Shown in pieces: positions 10,273 through 18,818 of a DNA stretch of 64,000 nucleotides (position 1 is the first letter of the stretch; each line of letters opens with the position of its first letter). This DNA comes from Nitrospiraceae bacterium (GTDB lineage: Bacteria; Nitrospirota; Nitrospiria; Nitrospirales; UBA2166). Location: the NCBI GenBank assembly GCA_002726235.1, contig PBSN01000013.1:1-64000 (forward strand). The letters run 5' to 3'. A program made the position numbers and the translations under genes. The notes beneath the pieces are model-generated. The model searched no databases. It had not been told where the DNA came from and saw nothing but the letters and a program-made list of their open reading frames with translations.

Positions 10273-12054
10273 ATGGGATACATGAGGAAAAAGACGAGAA
10301 AGGGTTCATCTACCCTCGTCCATTTGCTGGCTGTTATGGCATTGGGATTGTTTTTGGTGGCCTGCGAAGGCGAAGAGGGTCCCGCGGGGCCTGCAGGAGC
10401 ACAAGGTGACGCCGGCGAGACTGGGGCGACTGGAGCGCCAGGTGTTGGTGTTGCTGGCGAGNCCGGCGNGGCCGGCGCGNCCGGCGAGACTGGGGCAACC
10501 GGCGCGCAAGGCCCNCTTCCGGCTGGAGCGGTGGGACTTACGGGCACGGTAATGAAGGGAGCTCTTGTAGGAGCAACGGTGACGTTTAAGGGAACTGGTG
10601 CGGGTTGTACGGCCATAGGCAATACGGCAACCGGAACACCCCCGCTGTGTAATCTTGCGGCGACTAATACTGTTCTTTCGGCAACTACCGACTCAGGTGG
10701 TGGCTACAATGTCCAGATCAATACTGACTACACGGGGCCGATCATTATCGAGGCCNCTGGTGGTACCTATCTCAATGAAGCGGATGGATTGACCAAGACG
10801 GGACCATCCACAGCGATGAAGACTGCCGTACCGGTCGCGCCAACCACTGGCCAACTCGTCGCCTCCGTGACCCCGTTCACGTCAATGGCGGCTGCGCGGG
10901 CTCTCTCACAGGCGACCACATTCGCAGTAACCTCAACACTCATTACTGCAGCGAACGATGCCGTAGAAGCACTCTATGGGATTACCGATATTATCGGGAC
11001 GGATCCAATTAATACCTCCCTCGTACTGCCGGCTGGTTCTACTGCCCAGCCCCAGCAATACGGTCTTATGACGGCTGCATTTTCCCAGGCGGCTGCGACT
11101 CTTGGCATCGTGGATCCACTCAATTTTGTGAACGCTGTGGTCACGGATTATACGGATGGCGTCTTGGACGGAAAGTCTGGCTCTGACGCAAATAATGCAG
11201 CTGCGGGAACCGCCATCACGCCGACTGGAACGACAGTGCCTCTCACGGCAACTTCGGCTGCGACTGAGCTTGTGACAGCAGCCATCACGTTTGGAGCGTC
11301 TGCACTTAATGTGTCGGGCGTAACGATTTCGGCAGCTGTTCAGACTGCAACGACGGCTGCTGCTACGACTTCGACAGCGTCAACCGCCTTGTCCTATTCC
11401 GTTTTGAATAATCGGATCATCCTGCGGTCGGGCGNGACACCTGTTGATACTGCTCAGGGCGTCGAGTCTATCACGAGTGGAGTCGCCATCATGGCGCCGG
11501 CAGTAGCGCAGGAGAACGCGACATTGAAGGTGGTCGTGCCCTATGCGCTTGTGACCGGCACCGCTGCGGCGAACGTGGCACCGCAATTCACATTGTGTGC
11601 GGCAACGGCCGCCAACTCGGAGACCTGCCACGCTACGGACAAGAGGAGTATGACCATCACGCTGAGCCAGCTGACTCTTACGCCATCTGGCAGCATTCTG
11701 ATTGCGACGATTCCCGCCTCATCGGTTGTCACGTTTAGTGGAACGGATTCCGATGGCACAGCGGTCACCCTCGCGGCGAGTCAAGCGCCAGGAACCATTT
11801 TCACGGTATCAGCGACGACGAACGCTCATGAGCTGACGTTCGATCCCAACGCGCTTCTTGNAGTGTTGCGGACAGCCGGCGTCACAAGTGTGGATTTGCT
11901 CNANGAAGCTGGACACTATACCTACACGGTTACTCCATCGGCACTGACTTATCTCCGGTCCAATGGGGTGCAGGCGACATGCACATCGGCAGATGTGACA
12001 GTAGGAGCGTGCGTGTCTACGACAACAATCAAAGGCCCCTTGAACATTTCGTGA
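10273..12054 (+). CDS. Collagen-stalk, Ala/Thr-rich surface lipoprotein (paralog 1)
   Basis: Lipobox LVAC; about 16 Gly-X-Y triplets; KG..GA.V / TTD..G.Y / GGTYLNE / VTPFT domain; C-terminal Cys pair; RBS GGAGG. Confidence 0.85.
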   Translation: MGYMRKKTRKGSSTLVHLLAVMALGLFLVACEGEEGPAGPAGAQGDAGETGATGAPGVGVAGEXGXAGAXGETGATGAQGXLPAGAVGLTGTVMKGALVGATVTFKGTGAGCTAIGNTATGTPPLCNLAATNTVLSATTDSGGGYNVQINTDYTGPIIIEAXGGTYLNEADGLTKTGPSTAMKTAVPVAPTTGQLVASVTPFTSMAAARALSQATTFAVTSTLITAANDAVEALYGITDIIGTDPINTSLVLPAGSTAQPQQYGLMTAAFSQAAATLGIVDPLNFVNAVVTDYTDGVLDGKSGSDANNAAAGTAITPTGTTVPLTATSAATELVTAAITFGASALNVSGVTISAAVQTATTAAATTSTASTALSYSVLNNRIILRSGXTPVDTAQGVESITSGVAIMAPAVAQENATLKVVVPYALVTGTAAANVAPQFTLCAATAANSETCHATDKRSMTITLSQLTLTPSGSILIATIPASSVVTFSGTDSDGTAVTLAASQAPGTIFTVSATTNAHELTFDPNALLXVLRTAGVTSVDLLXEAGHYTYTVTPSALTYLRSNGVQATCTSADVTVGACVSTTTIKGPLNIS

Positions 12055-12103
12055 TATAAGGGAAGGGGTAGCGAAAGCGTTGAGTCACTAAGCAAGACGC
12101 TAC

Positions 12104-12153
12104 AAAGTACGAAGGGTCCAATTTCCTGTATGGAGTTGGACCCTTCGTACTTT
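12104..12153 (+). terminator. Intrinsic terminator (possibly bidirectional)
   Basis: AAAGTACGAAGGGTCCAA...TTGGACCCTTCGTACTTT, 18-bp inverted repeat. Confidence 0.85.
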
Positions 12154-12184
12154 TATCTACTTCCGGAGAAAGGCTGATCGGCAC

Positions 12185-13972
12185 GTGATCTCTCGTATAA
12201 CAAGTGTTCCAATAATTCGGATAATTCTTATATGCGCAGTGGTGGCGGGATCCATTGATGTGGCATGGGGAGAGAAAACTGGCCATCTCTTCTCTCGCAC
12301 ACTTGGGAATACGGTTCCGCAAGTGATTTCCTGGTTTGGGTTTTCGGTTGAGTCGATTGGGGATCTCACTGGGGATGGTGTTGCGGACCTTGTGGTGGGT
12401 GCGCCACAGCAAACCCTGGACGGTATTGCGCAGCAGGGCAAGGTGAGCGTGTTTTCTGGTCGAGATGGAACCATCCTCTTGACACTTCTTTCCCCTTCCC
12501 CTCAGCCTCAAGCGAACTTTGGCGAAGTCGTAGCCGTCAGTGATATCAATCGGGATGGCATCTCTGATCTCGTGGTTGGTGTTCGCTTGCAGGATGTGGA
12601 TGGGAAGGAAGATCAAGGAGCAGTACATGTGTTTTCGGGTGCCGACGGCACGTTGTTGTCTGCCATCGAGGCACCGATTCCGCAGGCACACGCTTTTTTT
12701 GGCGCCGCGTTGGCGCCTTTATATGACCGGAGCAATCAAACCGGGAGAGCCGAAATCGTTGTCGGCGCTCCGCAGCAATCGTTTGGCGATGGTGCTGGCG
12801 AGGGCGCGGCATTTATGTTGTCAGCAACGACTGGGGAGCCGCTTTCCGTCATTTTGCACCCAGACCCGCAAGACGGAGCAGCATTCGGGTGGGCGGTCGA
12901 ATCGGTGGGTGATCTCGATGGAGATGTCGTGCCTGACTTTATTGTTGGCGCTCCATTTCAAACGGTGTCAGGACGTGAGCTGCAAGGCCAGGTCTATGTT
13001 TTTTCCGGTGGGAGCGTGTTGTCTGGGCAGACTGTCGAACGCCCTGCTCATATGTATACCTTGAACTTCCCTGACCCCGACATGCCGTCGGCGCGGTTTG
13101 GGTTTGCGCTCGCAAGCATTCATGATGTCAATGACGATGGAGTCCCTGATCTCGTGGTCGGCGCACCGACGGCTGACTTTGGAGATCTTAGCAATCGGGG
13201 CAGCGCGTTTATCTTCTCTGGGGCCGATGGGATGCTTCTGCNTACCCTCACTGACCCAGCGCCTCTGCAAGATGCGTTTTTCGGCGCGGCGCTCATATCG
13301 CCTGGTGATGTTGATGGTGATGGCATTGCCGATGTTGCGGTTGGTGCGCCGACTCCCGTGACCCGAGGAAGCGCATTCGTGCAGCCCGGCAGGGTGCTGT
13401 TGTTTAGCGGTGCCAGTGGAGAACACCTCGTGACGTTGGATCCCCCTTCCCCTGGCGTAGGTGCGAGTTTCGGGTTTTCGTTGGCAGCTGTTGGGGACGT
13501 CGATGGGGATGGAATGCCAGATTTGCTTGCAGGGGCCCCCTTTCATGACGTGACGCTTGATGAGAAAACGCATGCAGCGCAAGGGGAAGCCTTTGTGATT
13601 GATGGGTTGGGGCCAGATCTTAAAGGGAAAGTTCTTGAGGTGGTCCGGACAGTTACTGTATCCGGCCAAGACCGTCTTGATTTTATGGTGAAGATTAAGA
13701 ATCGAGGCACAGTCAAAACAACGGTGCCGTTTAAGGTGAAAGTGCATATTTCAAATGATGAGGCTTTCGATGGTGGAACCCTTGATCCCAGGGTTGCGAA
13801 ATGGAAAGTAGTGGAGTCCTTGTCTCCTGGTGCCTCGATTATTCTCACCGGGGTTGCGGAATTTAACGAATCAGTTGCCGGCAAGTTTTTGCTCGTCAGG
13901 GTTGATCCCAAGAATGAAATTGCGGAGAAACAAGAGGGGAATAATATCAAGCGTCTCAAGGTNCCAGGTTGA
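12185..13972 (+). CDS. Secreted FG-GAP (integrin-alpha-like) beta-propeller protein with C-terminal CARDB-like domain
   Basis: Seven FG...GDxDGDGxxDLxVGAP repeats; signal-like N-terminus; PDL...IKNRG...VDPKNEIAE..EGNN tail. Confidence 0.88.
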   Translation: MISRITSVPIIRIILICAVVAGSIDVAWGEKTGHLFSRTLGNTVPQVISWFGFSVESIGDLTGDGVADLVVGAPQQTLDGIAQQGKVSVFSGRDGTILLTLLSPSPQPQANFGEVVAVSDINRDGISDLVVGVRLQDVDGKEDQGAVHVFSGADGTLLSAIEAPIPQAHAFFGAALAPLYDRSNQTGRAEIVVGAPQQSFGDGAGEGAAFMLSATTGEPLSVILHPDPQDGAAFGWAVESVGDLDGDVVPDFIVGAPFQTVSGRELQGQVYVFSGGSVLSGQTVERPAHMYTLNFPDPDMPSARFGFALASIHDVNDDGVPDLVVGAPTADFGDLSNRGSAFIFSGADGMLLXTLTDPAPLQDAFFGAALISPGDVDGDGIADVAVGAPTPVTRGSAFVQPGRVLLFSGASGEHLVTLDPPSPGVGASFGFSLAAVGDVDGDGMPDLLAGAPFHDVTLDEKTHAAQGEAFVIDGLGPDLKGKVLEVVRTVTVSGQDRLDFMVKIKNRGTVKTTVPFKVKVHISNDEAFDGGTLDPRVAKWKVVESLSPGASIILTGVAEFNESVAGKFLLVRVDPKNEIAEKQEGNNIKRLKXPG

Positions 13973-14394
13973 AATGTGGCACATCTATCCCGGGTTGCAT
14001 CGGCAACAGTTTTCGGTAACTGTTTAATTTAATGGTGCCGTTTGCAATTAGGTGCGAACCAGCCACATCCTCTCTCTTGGGAAATCACAGCAATGCTGAA
14101 CTGCTGGGGTGTCAAAACTATGNATGACGTTGTGGTGTTTTTGGTCGATGACAGTGAATGCCTGGGTTCGAAATAATGATTCGGTTCAGCGCGTAGTGCC
14201 GGATCGCGCAACATCCTCGGGTGGCGCGAGAAGTTCAGAATAGGCAAGCACATGGGCACCGGGAAAAAGTTCTGATGTCCCCGCGTCACGAGCAGAAAGA
14301 TGAGTTGGATGACGAGTTTCAGATCGCGGTTCCCTGGGGGTGGATCCGAGAGTGATGCCGGGAAAATACAAGAATGGTATTCTATCTAACGTTT

Positions 14395-14502
14395 AGATTG
14401 AGCAAATTGAGATGTAATTGGGGACGAGGAAAGAAATTTTTTCTTGCAGGTTGAGTAAATTGAGATGTAATTGGGGACGAGAAAGCGAAATTTTTTCTTG
14501 AC
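14395..14502 (+). repeat. About 53-bp imperfect tandem duplication upstream of the promoter
   Basis: AG(A/G)TTGAG(C/T)AAATTGAGATGTAATTGGGGACGAG...GAAATTTTTTCTTG occurs twice; the second copy runs into the -35 box. Confidence 0.9.
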
Positions 14503-14526
14503 ATGAGGTGTATCGAAATAGATAAT
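14498..14526 (+). promoter_or_regulatory. Sigma70-type promoter for collagen-like lipoprotein 2
   Basis: TTGACA-17 nt-GATAAT followed by GCGCTAGCC. Confidence 0.7.
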
Positions 14527-14791
14527 GCGCTAGCCGTTAGGGAGAAATGGGATGCGCGGGTTCTATCACGATTTGGTTTTTCTTGACACCGGATGGGTGA
14601 CTGTCTCAGAATGCTTCCGGTTTTTCTCTGGTGGGTCGAGGTGCGGTAGTGACCTTGGATCGTACGACGAATGGGTGTAACGGGGATGACACACATAGAT
14701 GTGAGACATACAACATGACGATTGGGGTAGCAGTGGCAGGACTAACTAGAGGTAGTATGGGGGAATGGGGGCAACACGGAAGGGTCAAGAA

Positions 14792-14842
14792 AAAATATGG
14801 GGACGAAAAAAAAATATGGGGACGAAGAAAATATGGGGACGA
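14792..14842 (+). repeat. Three direct repeats AAAATATGGGGACGA in the leader
   Basis: Copies start at 14792, 14811 and 14828. Confidence 0.9.
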
Positions 14843-14901
14843 GAGGTGAAGTTGTGTTGTTGAGTAGAAATGAAGATCATCAAATAGGGAGGACTGAACC
14901 A

Positions 14902-17022
14902 ATGGGAAACAAGAAAACGGCGAGGAAGGCCCGGTGGGCATCTTCAAGCTTCATCCTTTTGCTGTGTGCATTAGGGTTGGGGTTAGTGCTGGTTGGTTGT
15001 AGCGGTGATGATGGTTCGGTCGGAGCTCCCGGCCCAGCTGGACCTCCGGGACCAGCCGGATCTGTCGGACCTGCAGGGGCAACTGGAGCGGATGGCTCCT
15101 CTGGCTCAGCAGGAGCAAGGGGCCCAGCGGGCCCAGCGGGACCAGCGGGAGCGCAAGGCGCATCAGGATCGACGGGCGTGGCGGGAGCGACAGGAGCAGA
15201 GGGATCTGCGGCAGTGGTTCCTGGGTCAACCCTCACGAAGGGACTTGCCATCAAAGGGCCTATTGCTAACGCGGTCGTGGTTCTGTCGTTGTATGGAGCC
15301 AATAATGGCGACGCGTGTCCTGCCAGCACTACTGCCATCGCGGGCTCAGGGGCGCTGGCTTTGACAGGTCGATGCATCGTCGGCTCCTCGGGGACAACCG
15401 ATGAGAACGGTCTCTTTGCGCTCACCATTCCTGGTGATCAGACAGCGGCTGCGGGTCCTTTCCTGATCACAGTCAGCAACGGAACCATGCTTGATGAGGT
15501 GACTGGAGCAACGGTTACAGGGCCACAGGGCGGCGGCATCAACACGGAATTTCGGTCGCTTCTTGCTCTCGACTTTGCCGATGACCTGAGACTTCCCGGT
15601 GGGGCAGCGAACATCATTCCTGTTGCCGTGACCGCACTTACCGAAATGGCAGCATCTCGTGCACTGGCTGCCGGCGTGGTCGCGCCGTCTCCAGCTGATG
15701 CGCATTCGGCAAACACGCAAACGGCCGAGCTCTTTGGCCTGGGCGGTGTTGATATTACGACGACTATTCCGTCTAATATTCTCGATCCGAATTCGTCAAA
15801 CGACTCAGACGTCGCCAAGAAGTACGGCTTGATCAACGCAGCATTCTCCCAGCTTGCACAGGTGCTTGAAGGGGATCAGGATGTGCTTGATGTCGTAAAT
15901 GCTGTGAGCAACGATTATGACGACGGTATCTTGAACTCACAATCACGTGACGGACTAGATGCGTCTGTTACCGTGACGGGTGCATCCCGGACAATGCCGG
16001 CGAGTACGATGGGGAATACCTTCGCCGCTGCTATCGAGACTATTCAGGCCAGCTCGGTGAACCAAACTGGGTTCACTATTGATGCGGCTACCATCACCAC
16101 CATCAGCAAAGCGCATATCATGTCAAATAATATCGTCACCCTTGCGGACAATGGCTGTGTTGTCGCCGATGCCAGGTTGCCTTCAGGGTCGATGATCTTT
16201 GTGCGGCAGCATCGAGGTGGGACCAGCACCGGCGTTGCTACTGATGGAGCAGCGGATGACCAGGGTATTGTGAATGGTGTCGCAACGCTGAGAAATGCGG
16301 CGGGCGGACTTGGGGACACGATCGGACCGGATCTTGCCGGCCGTCTTGCTGTCACCTTCCCTGGCGGCGGGTTGTTCTCGGCCCAGAGTGTGACAATCCG
16401 TTGCGTTCTCGCCAACTACTCGCAAGGCCAGACTGCAGCTGGTGACCGAGGTACTGGACAGATTATGATCAGCCCTCGGTTTACCATTCGTGACCCTGTC
16501 ACGGCTGATGTCGCTCTTGGGCTTGCGACTCAAGCTCATGTCGATGCTCTCGCTGGCTCCGCGAGGACCATCACTGGAGTTCTCAGTGGAATGTTAATCA
16601 ACAACAATCCGACTGGCGTGACTGCGTCGCAGCCGGAAGGTACGGTCATTACGATTACGGGCCTGCGTGATGGAAACGGAAGCACCATCAACGTGACCAC
16701 CCCGCTTCCCCCAACAGCCATTCTGAACCAGGGGGGGAATGTGGTACGGTTTGTTCCCAATGCGCTTATCGCAGCGCTCAGCAATGCCGGAATATCGCAG
16801 TTTGATACGCTGGTTAAATCGGGAACTTTCGTTTATGAGATTTCACCGGGCATGAATCTGCAGTTGCATCCTAATACTACAGGCGCAACGGAGAGCAACG
16901 CCCCACCAGCGGGTCGTGCGCAAACATGCAACGGGGATCCAGATACGATGGTCAGTATCACTCCCACAGGTACCTGCACGGCTGTGAACACGATCAGGGG
17001 GTCATTGACCGTCGCGCAGTAA
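14902..17022 (+). CDS. Collagen-stalk surface lipoprotein (paralog 2)
   Basis: Start re-assigned to ATG 14902 (GGGAGG RBS); lipobox LVGC; 23 consecutive Gly-X-Y triplets; same domain motifs and C-terminus as 10273-12054. Confidence 0.85.
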   Translation: MGNKKTARKARWASSSFILLLCALGLGLVLVGCSGDDGSVGAPGPAGPPGPAGSVGPAGATGADGSSGSAGARGPAGPAGPAGAQGASGSTGVAGATGAEGSAAVVPGSTLTKGLAIKGPIANAVVVLSLYGANNGDACPASTTAIAGSGALALTGRCIVGSSGTTDENGLFALTIPGDQTAAAGPFLITVSNGTMLDEVTGATVTGPQGGGINTEFRSLLALDFADDLRLPGGAANIIPVAVTALTEMAASRALAAGVVAPSPADAHSANTQTAELFGLGGVDITTTIPSNILDPNSSNDSDVAKKYGLINAAFSQLAQVLEGDQDVLDVVNAVSNDYDDGILNSQSRDGLDASVTVTGASRTMPASTMGNTFAAAIETIQASSVNQTGFTIDAATITTISKAHIMSNNIVTLADNGCVVADARLPSGSMIFVRQHRGGTSTGVATDGAADDQGIVNGVATLRNAAGGLGDTIGPDLAGRLAVTFPGGGLFSAQSVTIRCVLANYSQGQTAAGDRGTGQIMISPRFTIRDPVTADVALGLATQAHVDALAGSARTITGVLSGMLINNNPTGVTASQPEGTVITITGLRDGNGSTINVTTPLPPTAILNQGGNVVRFVPNALIAALSNAGISQFDTLVKSGTFVYEISPGMNLQLHPNTTGATESNAPPAGRAQTCNGDPDTMVSITPTGTCTAVNTIRGSLTVAQ

Positions 17023-17075
17023 GCACTAACGACCATAGATTCAGGCTTCTACAAGTCTGGATAGGGTGAGTATGT

Positions 17076-17117
17076 CGAAGGGCCCGACACCGATTGGTGT
17101 CGGGCCCTTCGTTTATT
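17076..17117 (+). terminator. Intrinsic terminator
   Basis: CGAAGGGCCCGACACC-GATT-GGTGTCGGGCCCTTCG-TTTATT, 16-bp stem. Confidence 0.88.
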
Positions 17118-17449
17118 CATCGTACCCTTGTACTGTGTTACATGCTGGCAGGTTTACTCGTTGCAGATTAGTTGCCACTTTGCCGGTGCTTGGCCATCGC
17201 AACCCGCGGTACGTGACTCCCGTAATGCGAAATTTGCGAGTGGATGTTTTTCTTTCCGCCCCTGCCCTGCTCGTTTCAGATGCTTGCTTCGCGATGTATT
17301 CGATTAGATAAACCGTGATCGTTGCCCGTTGCACAGGCGCACGGACGTGGTGAAGATGCTCGTGGTCACCTTGTCCTGCTGGGTGGACTCACCGTAGTTT
17401 GGCGCTTCCCTCCTTCCCAAGATAATCTATTGCGCATGTCCAATCACTC

Positions 17450-18019
17450 ATGAAGACACACCTGTTATTCTTGCCCCATCCCTTCTTTTTTAGTACATCA
17501 TCTTCTGCTATCAACCTGTATAAATAGTACAAAAGGGAGCAGTGCAGATAATCCTTATGTCATTGATGAACCTGAAATTTCAAAAGCAATATTTTTGTCG
17601 CTAAAAGGCACACCCTATTTCTATCAAATTTCAAGTGATGCCTTTTTTAGATTCCACCAGGGATAACAACACCACAATAGATGGGTGTTGTAGTTTTCCT
17701 TGTTTTTCATTTGTCTCCTAGATCAAAGCTTTCATGCAGTTCAAGAGGTTGATGGGCAAAACTTCCGGTGGGAGAATGGGATGAAGCGTATGGGGAAAAA
17801 TGGTCTTGGGTTGGACGAAAGTATGGCCGAGAGTTTAAAAGCACGCAAGGCATTGGTGGAGGCACCTACTATATTGGTGTTTATAACAAGGCAAACAAAG
17901 GCAATTGCGTTTTGGCCGTAGGGGATAGAGAAAAAGGCACTCCTTTTGTTAGGGCCAAAATGATTTTTTTACTCCCAAAGCTCAAAAAAACAATTGTGGG
18001 AGCAAGCAAATTGCGATGA
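17450..18019 (+). pseudogene. AT-rich frameshifted remnant of a probably secreted hypothetical protein
   Basis: Protein-like segments split across frames: NPYVIDEPEISKAIF...PYFYQISSD, VDGQNFRW, YGEKWSWVG, GTYYIGVYNKANKGNCVLAVGDRE. Confidence 0.5.
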
Positions 18020-18214
18020 AGCTCTTGTTTGAAAAACAGCCAGATAGCGAGTGAACATAGAGTAAGAAAACCTCGATAGATACTATTTAGGCAGTAAGGA
18101 AATTAAAACTCGCGTCAGTGTGGTGGCCCAAAGCACTTCGCGTTGGGAGCAACTTCTTACTCTGCTCCAGGGGCGTGACTGAGTCCGCAAAAATTACCCC
18201 ACTATGATGGGATG

Positions 18215-18604
18215 CTAGGTGTTTTCCTCTTCACTGCTTGCTTCGTGGTTGGCAGGACACTTCGAAAGTAGTTCTAATGCAACTCTCCGCAAGTGGTGTT
18301 TTCTCGCTCCCTTAACACCTCTCTTGTGCCAATACTCTTCCAATGGCAAGGGGGACTCTCGTAGTATGGTGTTTCTTTTTTTCTGCAGCTGTAGACGTTT
18401 CCACAAATAGCGTTGGAGTAGCGGGTGTTCTGTGTGTATCATCAATACAGAACGGACAACCACTGCTAGCCATGATCTTTCCCCCTCTGTGCCCGGCTCA
18501 TATTTTTTCAGTGTCTTCAATCTTGTATCGTCGGTTTCGTCGCAGATCCTCCGGACGATGTCTGTCCTCTTCGTCCTTTTTTCAATGTTCGCCCGCGGCC
18601 ACAT
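18215..18604 (-). CDS. Hypothetical protein or gene fragment
   Basis: 129-aa ORF with no recognised motif; may be a remnant. Confidence 0.25.
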   Translation of the reverse strand: MWPRANIEKRTKRTDIVRRICDETDDTRLKTLKKYEPGTEGERSWLAVVVRSVLMIHTEHPLLQRYLWKRLQLQKKRNTILRESPLPLEEYWHKRGVKGARKHHLRRVALELLSKCPANHEASSEEENT

Positions 18605-18775
18605 ATTTCCCGGATTTTTTGTTGTAGAGAAATTTGTATCCGTCGAGACACATCACACGTGGTTTGCCGTAACACAACTTTCCGCGACTGCAGCTGCTCT
18701 ATAAACATGGGGCCGCCACAGGCAAAGTAGAAGTGGTGGTGGGCGAGATTGCGTGGTGGCTAGATGGTGGTGATG

Positions 18776-18804
18776 CGCCCCCTGGCGCTAGACGCCAGGG
18801 GGCG
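18776..18804 (-). terminator. GC-rich hairpin after the Kelch adhesin gene
   Basis: CGCCCCCTGGCG-CTAGA-CGCCAGGGGGCG; no clear U-tract. Confidence 0.55.
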
Positions 18805-18818
18805 GTGATGTGGAGCTG

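Noticed and set aside
14395..14842. Possible CRISPR array
   Set aside because: Repeats are adjacent or separated by only a few bases, there are no unique 30-40 nt spacers, and no cas genes are present.
14797..14901. N-terminal extension of lipoprotein 2 in the ORF track
   Set aside because: It is translated leader repeat; ATG 14902 has the RBS and gives a signal peptide like its paralog.
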